This document shows, piece by piece, positions 38,253 to 46,078 of a DNA stretch of 64,000 nucleotides. This DNA comes from Minisyncoccota bacterium. GTDB taxonomy: Bacteria; Patescibacteriota; Minisyncoccia; Moranbacterales; UBA1568. Every line of letters starts with the position of its first letter. Position 1 is the first letter of the stretch. Position numbers and translations under genes: made by a program. The stretch lies in assembly GCA_051306005.1 (NCBI GenBank), contig JBPPMJ010000002.1, positions 437 to 64,436 on the forward strand, given 5' to 3'. The notes under the pieces were generated by a model. That model saw nothing but the letters and a program-made list of their open reading frames with translations. It did not search any database and was not told the DNA's origin.

Positions 38253-38588
38253 ATGGCTTCCATGCGCATTATTCGAATAAATGAACTCTTACGAGATCAC
38301 CTTTCTGAAATTTTGAAACGCGATATCAGCCTGAAACAGGGTGTGTTAGTGACTTTAATAAAGGTTGACACTTCCCCTGATCTTCGTTACACTCGAATGT
38401 TCATCAGTGTTTTTCCAGAAAAAGAAAATCATTATGTATCAGAAACACTCAAAAAAGAGCTTTCCCGTATCCAGAAAAGCCTTTACACAAAACTCTCCAT
38501 GAAACCACTGCCGAAACTCTCCTTTATCATTGATGGAACAGCCCAAAAAGCTGATGAGGTAGAGAAGCTATTGAAGAAAATCTTTTAG
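38253..38588 (+). CDS. rbfA: Ribosome-binding factor A
   Basis: 111 aa, RINELLRDHLSEIL...VTLIKVDTSPDLRYTRMFISV, typical of RbfA. Confidence 0.8.
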   Translation: MASMRIIRINELLRDHLSEILKRDISLKQGVLVTLIKVDTSPDLRYTRMFISVFPEKENHYVSETLKKELSRIQKSLYTKLSMKPLPKLSFIIDGTAQKADEVEKLLKKIF

Positions 38589-38624
38589 CTTGTTTAAGGT
38601 ATTTTTTGAGATTATCCACAGAGT

Positions 38625-39584
38625 ATGCAAACGTTTGATACTGAATTTCACACTTTGCGATATGTCATTCTGCGTTCCAAACGAATCCTTTTGTTTGCGC
38701 ATAACCGTCCTGATCCTGACACAGTTGGTGCCAATCTGGCTTTGGCAGAATATATTAAAAATTGTGGAAAACAAGTGGATATCGCTTGTTTCGATGCCTT
38801 TCCAGACACTTTGAGTAGTTTAGGCAAGGCTGTCTTTCTTCATCCCGATCAACTTGATATACCGAGTTATGATACGGTCATAGCTTGCGATAGTGTGGAT
38901 AGGGGATTTCATAAAATAGCACCTACTCTACAAGAAAAACAGATAGTGGCACTAATAGATCATCACCCTGATATTCATGTAACTGGAGATATTGTCATAA
39001 TTGACACTGAATATTCATCTTCTTCTGAATTAATCTATCTCTTTTTACAGGCAGTAAATAGCAAGCTAACCGCCCCTATGGCAACTTTATTATTGATGGG
39101 TATTTTGTTTGATACAGGAGGGTTTCAACATTCCAATGTCTCCCCACAAGTGATGGATATTGCCTCTGATTTGATGAAAAAAGGGGCTCCACTCGCAAAA
39201 ATTACTCAAACAATTTTTACAAAAAATACTATAGGCGCGCTCAAGCTTTGGGGACGAGCTTTTGATAAAGCACGTTTTAATAAAAAAAATGGAATGTTGG
39301 TGACCGCAATCACACAAAATGATATCCAAGAGTGTCAAGCATCTGTAGAAGATGTGTATCAAGTAGCTTCTATTCTCAGTACTGTACCAGATGCCAAATT
39401 TGCACTTGTACTTTCGGAACGTGATGATCATACAATTCGTGCTAGTCTTCGTTCTATGAAACAACATGACGTTGATGTTTCCCTGATTGCGCATAGTTTT
39501 GGGGGAGGCGGGCACAAACTTGCGAGCGGTTTTGAAATTCCCGGACAACTTATTGAAACAAAGAATGGCTTTATGGTGCGATAA
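38625..39584 (+). CDS. DHH-family phosphoesterase (NrnA-like oligoribonuclease/pAp phosphatase)
   Basis: DHH motifs (HNRPDPDTVGA, LIDHHPD) and the DHHA1 GGGGHKLASGF. Confidence 0.75.
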   Translation: MQTFDTEFHTLRYVILRSKRILLFAHNRPDPDTVGANLALAEYIKNCGKQVDIACFDAFPDTLSSLGKAVFLHPDQLDIPSYDTVIACDSVDRGFHKIAPTLQEKQIVALIDHHPDIHVTGDIVIIDTEYSSSSELIYLFLQAVNSKLTAPMATLLLMGILFDTGGFQHSNVSPQVMDIASDLMKKGAPLAKITQTIFTKNTIGALKLWGRAFDKARFNKKNGMLVTAITQNDIQECQASVEDVYQVASILSTVPDAKFALVLSERDDHTIRASLRSMKQHDVDVSLIAHSFGGGGHKLASGFEIPGQLIETKNGFMVR

Positions 39585-39616
39585 AACTTACTTATCCACG
39601 AGTAATACAGTTCTCT

Positions 39617-40189
39617 ATGCAGAAAGAACAAGCTATCCGTGTCTTACATGCCACCATGATGCGCACGTGTCATTGTACCCTCAGAAACAGTGCTCTACGG
39701 GCTGTTCCTGGCACAGGCAACGTAAATGGAAAACTAATGTTTATTGGTGAGGCACCAGGGAAAAAAGAGGATGAAAGTGGCCGTCCTTTTGTTGGATCGG
39801 CCGGTAAAGTCCTTGATACGCTTCTTGCATCCATCCATCTTACCAGAGAAGAAGTGTACATCACCAACATCGTGAAATACCGTCCTCCCAACAATCGTGA
39901 TCCAAATCTAGAGGAAGTCAATGCTTGTCAGGAATGGCTAGCAGAGGAAATACGTATCATTCAACCAAAAATAATTGTAACACTCGGGCGATATGCACTC
40001 GCAAACTTTATTGCCCATCAAAAAATTTCTGAAGCACACGGACAAGTATTTCAACACATTATACCAAATATCGGACTACAAACATTTCTAGTTCTCTACC
40101 ACCCTGCCGTGGCTCTCTACAACAAACGTTTGTATACTACTTTGTTATTAGATTTTCAAAAAATACTTCCCTTGCTAGACAAAAAATAA
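39617..40189 (+). CDS. Uracil-DNA glycosylase, family 4
   Basis: GEAPGKKEDESGRPFVGSAGKVLD (the family-4 GEAPG motif) and the C-terminal HPA motif (VLYHPAVALY). Confidence 0.8.
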   Translation: MQKEQAIRVLHATMMRTCHCTLRNSALRAVPGTGNVNGKLMFIGEAPGKKEDESGRPFVGSAGKVLDTLLASIHLTREEVYITNIVKYRPPNNRDPNLEEVNACQEWLAEEIRIIQPKIIVTLGRYALANFIAHQKISEAHGQVFQHIIPNIGLQTFLVLYHPAVALYNKRLYTTLLLDFQKILPLLDKK

Positions 40190-40220
40190 CAGACGCATCG
40201 ACGTCTTTCTTGCGTTCTTG

Positions 40221-40303
40221 TGCCGCGGGCGAGACTCGAACTCGCACGGTTTTTCAACCCGAGGATTTTAAGTCCTCTGCGTATACCATTCCGCCACCAC
40301 GGC
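40221..40303 (-). tRNA. tRNA-Leu (anticodon TAA), long variable arm
   Basis: Reverse complement: GCCGTGG-tg-GCGG-aatggtat-ACGC-a-GAGGA-ctTAAaa-TCCTC-gggttgaaaaaccgt-GCGAG-ttcgagt-CTCGC-CCGCGGC-a. Confidence 0.85.
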
Positions 40304-40317
40304 AATACAATGACCTG

Positions 40318-40388
40318 AGGTCCGGGGCGGAATTGAACCGCCGTTCAAGGTTTTGCAGACCCTTGCCTCACCACTCGGCCACCGGACC
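40318..40388 (-). tRNA. tRNA-Cys (anticodon GCA)
   Basis: Reverse complement: GGTCCGG ... AGGGT-ctGCAaa-ACCCT ... GGCGG-ttcaatt-CCGCC-CCGGACC-t. Confidence 0.8.
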
Positions 40389-40521
40389 AGAGCATTTTCC
40401 TATCAGATAAAGTATATTTAGTGTAACGAAGTTTTCTTGTGGAGTCAATGTATAATGCATCACAGTTCAGAAAAAGAAAAGTGAACTCCCTTGATGGAAG
40501 CTCACATGCTTTCTTACTACT

Positions 40522-41073
40522 TCAATGAATAACCTGTGCTGTTAGGTTCTGGCGACCAAAAACAAAAGCTTCTTGCTTTGTTTCCATATAGATGTCTATT
40601 TTATTACCCTTGATAGCGCCACCACGATCTTCACAACGAAATTCTCCCATACCTTCAATGCTCATTCTTGTTCCAAAGGGAAACGATGGGGGACACGCTA
40701 AAGTTTGTTTCTTTGTCACTTTGAGTCCAGAAGCAGTAACACCATCGCTCTTACCACATTCATCCGCAGAAGCGGTGTAGGCAGAAGCATTTATAGTAAA
40801 GCTTTCTTCTGGCAACTTATTCCACAAATGAGCTTGTTTTTCTTTCCAACGATTCAATATTTTTTCTTCTAAAGAAGGAGTTTCTGTGGATACTACAGTG
40901 TCTTTTGATTTGGTTAATGCGAAGCTCCATTCCAATAAATAAGGATCTTGTTTAAAGTCATACCGTGATGTCAGGGGTGATTCGGCGATGATATTGGTGG
41001 CAGAGGCATGACGTACAAAAACACCACATCCTGCCAATATTACTGCAAGCAAAAACGCTCTTTGTAATATCAT
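40522..41073 (-). CDS. 3D-domain (MltA-like) cell-wall-binding protein, secreted
   Basis: Signal peptide and the C-terminal FGTRMSIEGMGEFRCEDRGGAIKGNKIDIY (3D-domain Asp triad). Confidence 0.55.
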   Translation of the reverse strand: MILQRAFLLAVILAGCGVFVRHASATNIIAESPLTSRYDFKQDPYLLEWSFALTKSKDTVVSTETPSLEEKILNRWKEKQAHLWNKLPEESFTINASAYTASADECGKSDGVTASGLKVTKKQTLACPPSFPFGTRMSIEGMGEFRCEDRGGAIKGNKIDIYMETKQEAFVFGRQNLTAQVIH

Positions 41074-41244
41074 AGGGTACTTTTACGAATCAATTGCGCC
41101 CCTCGTAAGGAGAAACAAGTTGTCTAGTAAAGGCCTTTATTCCTTCTCCAGCCTTTTTGAGTCAACCGACTATGATAGCACAAGATCAATAATTCGTCAA
41201 GCGTTAAATATTGTTTTTTACTTACTTTACATAGGATAAAAAAT

Positions 41245-41272
41245 AAAAAACCGTCCAAAATGGAGGGTTTTT
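41245..41272 (-). terminator. Intrinsic terminator downstream of the minus-strand tRNA cluster
   Basis: Minus strand: AAACCCTCCattttGGACGGTTT followed by TTTTTaTTTTTT. Confidence 0.6.
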
Positions 41273-41283
41273 GTTCTGTCTTG

Positions 41284-41355
41284 AGCGAGTAAGGGGAGTC
41301 GAACCCCTATCTAGTCCTTGGCAAGGACTCATAATAGCCGCTATACGATACCCGC
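41284..41355 (-). tRNA. tRNA-Gly (anticodon GCC)
   Basis: Reverse complement: GCGGGTA ... GAGTCC-ttGCCaa-GGACT ... AGGGGTTCGACTCCCCT-TACTCGC-t. Confidence 0.8.
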
Positions 41356-41369
41356 TTTTTTGATAATTC

Positions 41370-41444
41370 TGGTGGGACTGGTTGGAATCGGACCAACGAC
41401 CAAGCGGTTATGAGCCGCGCGCTCTACCACTGAGCTACAGTCCC
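41370..41444 (-). tRNA. tRNA-Met (anticodon CAT), CCA encoded
   Basis: Reverse complement: GGGACTG-ta-GCTC-agtggta-GAGC ... ctCATaa ... GTTGG-tccgatt-CCAAC-CAGTCCC-a-cca. Confidence 0.8.
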
Positions 41445-41500
41445 AGAAAGATCTCTTTCCATCATCCACATAACTCTCACATTTCTCTTGTCTGTTCTTG

Positions 41501-41572
41501 TGCCGGGGGGCAGAATCGGACTGCCGACACGAGGATTTTCAGTCCTCTGCTCTACCACTGAGCTACCCCGGC
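41501..41572 (-). tRNA. tRNA-Phe (anticodon GAA)
   Basis: Reverse complement: GCCGGGG-ta-GCTC-agtggta-GAGC-a-GAGGA-ctGAAaa-TCCTC ... CCCCGGC-a. Confidence 0.85.
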
Positions 41573-41577
41573 TTTTC

Positions 41578-41654
41578 TGGTGCGCGCTCAAGGACTCGAA
41601 CCTTGGACCCCCTCGGTGTAAACGAGGTGCTCTAACCAACTGAGCTAAGCGCGC
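41578..41654 (-). tRNA. tRNA-Val (anticodon TAC), CCA encoded
   Basis: Reverse complement: GCGCGCT-ta-GCTC-agttggtta-GAGC-a-CCTCG-ttTACac-CGAGG ... AGCGCGC-a-cca. Confidence 0.85.
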
Positions 41655-41683
41655 TTTCAACGATGCTGTTGGTATTCATTCAG

Positions 41684-41767
41684 TGCCCAGGAGAGGACTC
41701 GAACCTCCAATCCCTTGCGAGAACTACCACCTCAAGGTAGCGCGTATACCAATTCCGCCACCTGGGC
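41684..41767 (-). tRNA. tRNA-Leu (anticodon GAG), long variable arm
   Basis: Reverse complement: GCCCAGG ... CTACC-ttGAGgt-GGTAG-ttctcgcaagggat-TGGAG-gttcgag-TCCTC-TCCTGGGC. Confidence 0.8.
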
Positions 41768-41853
41768 ATTTTCTGCTTCGTTTATTTGAAAAGAACTGTT
41801 TTTCTACGTCTCACAAAGAATAACACATTCTCATTCACGAGAGCAAAAGATGA

Positions 41854-42324
41854 TTATTTGTTGGCTGGAGACGCTTTTTCTTCCGTGACAGGCATTGCCT
41901 GAATAGGCGCTTCTACAATGCCTTCTGCTATTGGCGCGGTCGCAATTGGTGTTGTTGCAACGACCTTTACCGCTACTTCTTTCAGTTTTTTACTCAATAC
42001 CTTAACTGACTTGTCTCGCACAAAGTATAATTTTGCGCGACGAGCACGAGTACGTTTTACAAACTCGATTTTTTCCACTTGCGGTGAGGATAGTGGCATT
42101 ACCAGCTCTACTCCAACACCAAAAGATACTTTACGCAGAGTAATGGTTCGAGAAGAGCTTTGTCCACCCTTGATGGCAATAATAGTCCCGTGAAACACCT
42201 GTGTACGCTCCTTGCTTCCTTCTCTGATTTTTCGAAAAAGCTTAATAACATCACCAGCTTTCAATTCAGTGGTATCAAGAGATTTTCTTTGTTGTGCGTT
42301 AAAGGCAATCAGTTTTTGATGCAT
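41854..42324 (-). CDS. rplS: 50S ribosomal protein L19 with ~45-aa Ala/Pro/Val-rich C-terminal extension
   Basis: AGDVIKLFRKIREGSKERTQVFHGTIIAIKG...LRKVSFGVGVE is the L19 core; the tail is VATTPIATAPIAEGIVEAPIQAMPVTEE. Confidence 0.85.
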   Translation of the reverse strand: MHQKLIAFNAQQRKSLDTTELKAGDVIKLFRKIREGSKERTQVFHGTIIAIKGGQSSSRTITLRKVSFGVGVELVMPLSSPQVEKIEFVKRTRARRAKLYFVRDKSVKVLSKKLKEVAVKVVATTPIATAPIAEGIVEAPIQAMPVTEEKASPANK

Positions 42325-42419
42325 ATAAATAGTGTCGTTAATTGAAACAGAGCTACAATAAAATCCGCTTTCAATACTATAATTAACAATTGTTCAATAA
42401 TGAAAAAACCTTGATACCA

Positions 42420-43448
42420 TTATTCCGAGACAAGGCTTTTCAAAGCCTCATCATCATAACCTGCTTCTCGATTTTCGTCAATATCCTGCAAGATCTGACG
42501 AAAATCTGTTGGTAATGGGGATTGTAAAGCATAAGCTTCACCAAAAAGCGTGAATTGTAACTGCCAAGCATGAAGCATATGACGCTGTATAAAAGCATTG
42601 GTATCCTGTCGACGCATCGGTCGTGAGGCATAAAGCTTATCTCCCACAATAGAGCATCCAGCCGATGCTAGATGAACGCGAATCTGATGGGTACGTCCCG
42701 TCTGTGGTGTCACAATTACCAAATCAAAGTCTGGATAACGCGCAATGACCTGATAGAGAGTCACGGCTTCACGTACTCCTTGTGCCCTTTCTTGACCATC
42801 TATTACGACACGCCGCTTTAATGTACCAGATGTTCTTTCTAACGATCTCTCAATACATCCAGACGTAGCTGGCATATGTCCATGCACCAGGGCTACATAT
42901 GTTTTTTTGATAGAGCGGTTTTGAAACAATCGCTTGAGCTCATTAAATACTTCGGATGTTTTGGCAATGACCACTACTCCTGATGTTTCTCGGTCCAAAC
43001 GATGCACAATACCAGGGCGCAAAGGGTCGTCACCAATTTTGTCAAGCTCTGGGTGAATGGTCACTATAAAATGAGCAACCGTATCACGATCCTGACTTCC
43101 TGCCGGATGCATCTGAATACCAGCTGGCTTGTCCAAAACAATCAGATTCTTATCCTCATATAAAATCGGTATCCGAATATCATGACGAATAGTCAAAGAG
43201 GTAATCTTTGTAAACAAATTCTCTTCCTGCACTTCTACACTATCATGCAATTTCACAATGTGATTAGGAGATACCGTCATTCCATTAAGAGTAATCTCAC
43301 CAGCTCTCATACGCCGACTGAGAATTTCTCGTGACAATCCACTTTCAGGATATTTTTCTCGCATCAACAGAAATAAGGCGCTGTCAAGGCGCTTATCAAC
43401 AAGGCGTCGGGGTATTTTCAATATTTTTTTTTGTATAATCTCAACCAT
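42420..43448 (-). CDS. RluA-family 23S rRNA pseudouridine synthase (RluD-like) with N-terminal S4 domain
   Basis: HRLDRETSGVVVIAKT is the catalytic Asp motif. An S4-like region is upstream. Confidence 0.8.
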   Translation of the reverse strand: MVEIIQKKILKIPRRLVDKRLDSALFLLMREKYPESGLSREILSRRMRAGEITLNGMTVSPNHIVKLHDSVEVQEENLFTKITSLTIRHDIRIPILYEDKNLIVLDKPAGIQMHPAGSQDRDTVAHFIVTIHPELDKIGDDPLRPGIVHRLDRETSGVVVIAKTSEVFNELKRLFQNRSIKKTYVALVHGHMPATSGCIERSLERTSGTLKRRVVIDGQERAQGVREAVTLYQVIARYPDFDLVIVTPQTGRTHQIRVHLASAGCSIVGDKLYASRPMRRQDTNAFIQRHMLHAWQLQFTLFGEAYALQSPLPTDFRQILQDIDENREAGYDDEALKSLVSE

Positions 43449-43544
43449 ACTATTTTCATATCTGATAAAATCATTCGCCAGAACAGGAAGCTATAGGGTA
43501 TAATAACGGGTATAATGCTATGGAGCAAATTTCATTAGAAAACA

Positions 43545-44597
43545 ATGCTACTCAATAACAACGTTATGAAAATCGCTTTTTTTGAAATAAATGAGTCAGA
43601 TAAAGAATATCTCACGAAAGCACTCAGTACACATGAGCTTTTTTTCTCGACAGAAAGATTGACTGAAGAAAATGCCCCACAAGTTGCGACATATGAGATT
43701 ATTTCTGTTTTTATTTATTCCTCTCTGACCAAAAAACTCCTCGAAAAAATAAAAGATGTCCGCTGTATTACTACTCGCTCAACCGGATTTGATCATATTG
43801 ATATACCCGCTTGTCAGGAGAGGAACATTGCTGTCCTCAATGTTCCTTACTATGGTGAAAACACTGTCGCTGAACACACTTTTGCCCTTATTCTCGCTCT
43901 TTCTCGTAATGTCCATAAATCCTATGCACGCGGATTAAGGAAAAACTTTGCTATTGAGGGACTTATCGGGTTTGATCTCAAAGATAAAACCTTAGGTGTC
44001 ATCGGAACCGGCCATATCGGACTTCACGTTATCCGTATCGCCAAAGGCTTTGGAATGCATGTCATCGCATCCGATATTCAGCATGACACCTTCCTCTCAG
44101 AAATACTGCACTTCAGATATGGATCACTTGAACAACTCCTGCAAGAATCTGACATTGTCACTGTACATACGCCCTATAATGAACACACGCATCACCTCAT
44201 CAATACCGAGAATATCAGAAAGATGAAACCTGGAAGTCTTCTTATTAACACCGCTCGCGGAAGTATTGTTGAGAATCAGGCGCTTCTATGGGCTCTTGAC
44301 AATAATATCCTCTCTGGTGCCGGTTTGGATGTACTAGAAGGAGAGGAATTTATCAAAGAACATAATGCTCATTTTCACAAAACTCAGGCTTCTTATCAAG
44401 GAGGAGAGATGAAACAGAATCGCGATCTACTTGATCGTGATAATGTTGTTTTCACGCCACATATCGGATTTTACAGTCAAGAAGCTCTCCGTCGAATCCT
44501 CGATACCACGATAGAAAATATAGAGCACTTCATCCTTGGTGCGCCAAAAAACTCCGTATTTCTGGCACAAAAAAAAGAATCTGTAATACAGCGCTAG
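43545..44597 (+). CDS. D-isomer-specific 2-hydroxyacid dehydrogenase family (NAD-binding)
   Basis: GVIGTGHIGLHVIRIAKGFGMHVIASD is a Rossmann motif; the catalytic R/E/H region NTARGSIV...FTPHIG is also present. Confidence 0.75.
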   Translation: MLLNNNVMKIAFFEINESDKEYLTKALSTHELFFSTERLTEENAPQVATYEIISVFIYSSLTKKLLEKIKDVRCITTRSTGFDHIDIPACQERNIAVLNVPYYGENTVAEHTFALILALSRNVHKSYARGLRKNFAIEGLIGFDLKDKTLGVIGTGHIGLHVIRIAKGFGMHVIASDIQHDTFLSEILHFRYGSLEQLLQESDIVTVHTPYNEHTHHLINTENIRKMKPGSLLINTARGSIVENQALLWALDNNILSGAGLDVLEGEEFIKEHNAHFHKTQASYQGGEMKQNRDLLDRDNVVFTPHIGFYSQEALRRILDTTIENIEHFILGAPKNSVFLAQKKESVIQR

Positions 44598-44738
44598 TAA
44601 CCTTGTTTCTGGACTTCTTTATTTTAAAAGAAATGTTTTAGGCAACTTTTTTTCTTGTATATAAAATATCAAAAAAGACACTATATATTGTTGAAATCAT
44701 AAAAATTGCTTTCATTTTTTCGGCTTGTATAGCAGGTA

Positions 44739-44767
44739 TTTGACATGACGATACAGAGCTCGTATGA
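44739..44767 (+). promoter_or_regulatory. Sigma-70-type promoter upstream of the peroxiredoxin gene
   Basis: TTGACA, a 17-nt spacer, then TATGAT, about 90 nt upstream of the probable start. Confidence 0.5.
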
Positions 44768-44857
44768 TGAAAAAGTAACTCGCCAAAATACTTAATTATC
44801 ATACTCTTTATGTACCAAGATTCATGTTGTGGTGGTGGCGCCTGTGGAACTCATGCA

Positions 44858-45430
44858 ATGATGACTATTGGGCAACATATTCCTGATTTTGAAGTCGATA
44901 TCTATCATAAAGATGCTTTTCGTACAGTACATCTCTCTGATTTTAAAGATAAGTGGCTTATTTTCTTCTTTTATCCCGCTGATTTCACATTCATTTGTCC
45001 TACGGAGTTAGAAGAAATGGCTGGACACTACGCAGAGTTTCAAAGACTTAACGCGGAAGTATTGTCCGTGAGTACGGATACCAAGTTTACCCACAAAGCG
45101 TGGCATGATCATTCTCCCGCTATCAAAAAAATTACCTTTCCAATGGTTGCAGATCCGACTGGAGACTTATCTCGGAGCTTTGGTGTTGCTATAGAAGAGG
45201 GCGAAGATCGAGGACTTGCTTTACGCGGTAGTTTTATCGTGGATCCTGACGGTGTGTTACAAGCCTATGAAGTTCATGCTAACAACATTGGGCGCAGTGC
45301 CAGCGAACTGCTTCGCAAACTTGAGGCAGCTATTTTCGTTCGTGAGCACGGCGGAGAGGTCTGTCCAGCAAACTGGAAGCCGGGAAGTCAGACACTTAAG
45401 CCTGGGATTGATCTTGTTGGAAAAATTTAA
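44858..45430 (+). CDS. Typical 2-Cys peroxiredoxin (AhpC/Tsa family)
   Basis: Peroxidatic FFFYPADFTFICPTEL and resolving EVCPANWKPG. Start trimmed to MMTIGQ. Confidence 0.85.
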   Translation: MMTIGQHIPDFEVDIYHKDAFRTVHLSDFKDKWLIFFFYPADFTFICPTELEEMAGHYAEFQRLNAEVLSVSTDTKFTHKAWHDHSPAIKKITFPMVADPTGDLSRSFGVAIEEGEDRGLALRGSFIVDPDGVLQAYEVHANNIGRSASELLRKLEAAIFVREHGGEVCPANWKPGSQTLKPGIDLVGKI

Positions 45431-45441
45431 TACCAATATTT

Positions 45442-46017
45442 ATGACTGATAGCTATATCGCTAAAGATTTTAAACATCTCCTCGGACTAACAGGCTTCTC
45501 TGATACGTTACTCACCAATCATTTCACTCTTTACGAAGGATACGTAAAAAACACCAACTCCCTCATAAGTCTTTTGGCAACAAAGGAAGTGGGGACGCCA
45601 GAATATGCCGAACTGAAACGGCGCTTTGGCTGGGAATGGAACGGTGTGCGTCTCCATGAACTCTATTTCAGCAACATGACTCGTGAGACAAACGCATTTG
45701 ATGCGAGCATATTGAAGGAAAAAATTACTGCTATCTATGGCAGTCTTGAAAATTGGAAAAAGGATTTTATCGCCACCGGGTCCATGCGTGGCATCGGTTG
45801 GGTTATCCTGTTGCATGATCGTGAAAATGACATTCTTTTCAATGTGTGGGTCAATGAGCATGATATGGGACATTTGACTGGATGTACCCCGCTTCTCGTC
45901 ATGGATGTTTTTGAACATGCTTATATGTCAGACTATGGTATCAAAAAAGCAGAGTATATAGGTGCTTTTTTCCAATCCCTGGACTGGTCTGTTATGGAAA
46001 AACGTTTCGTCTCATAA
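45442..46017 (+). CDS. Fe/Mn superoxide dismutase family protein (divergent N-terminal motif)
   Basis: The C-terminal DVFEHAYMSDYG (cf. DVWEHAYY) and GIGWVILL (cf. GSGWAWL). The N-terminal NHFTLYEGYVKNTN replaces the canonical xHxxKHHxxYVxNxN. Putative ligands H, H, D, H appear retained. Confidence 0.6.
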   Translation: MTDSYIAKDFKHLLGLTGFSDTLLTNHFTLYEGYVKNTNSLISLLATKEVGTPEYAELKRRFGWEWNGVRLHELYFSNMTRETNAFDASILKEKITAIYGSLENWKKDFIATGSMRGIGWVILLHDRENDILFNVWVNEHDMGHLTGCTPLLVMDVFEHAYMSDYGIKKAEYIGAFFQSLDWSVMEKRFVS

Positions 46018-46078
46018 CCCACAATAATAAAACATCTTACTGTTCATCAGAGTCAGGGGAATTTCACATCCACCTTTC

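Noticed and set aside
41424-41660. 78-aa ORF (MKARLAQLVRAPRLHRGG...) in the tRNA cluster
   Set aside because: It is the antisense translation of three consecutive tRNA genes (Met, Phe, Val). Conserved tRNA arms produce a spurious open frame.
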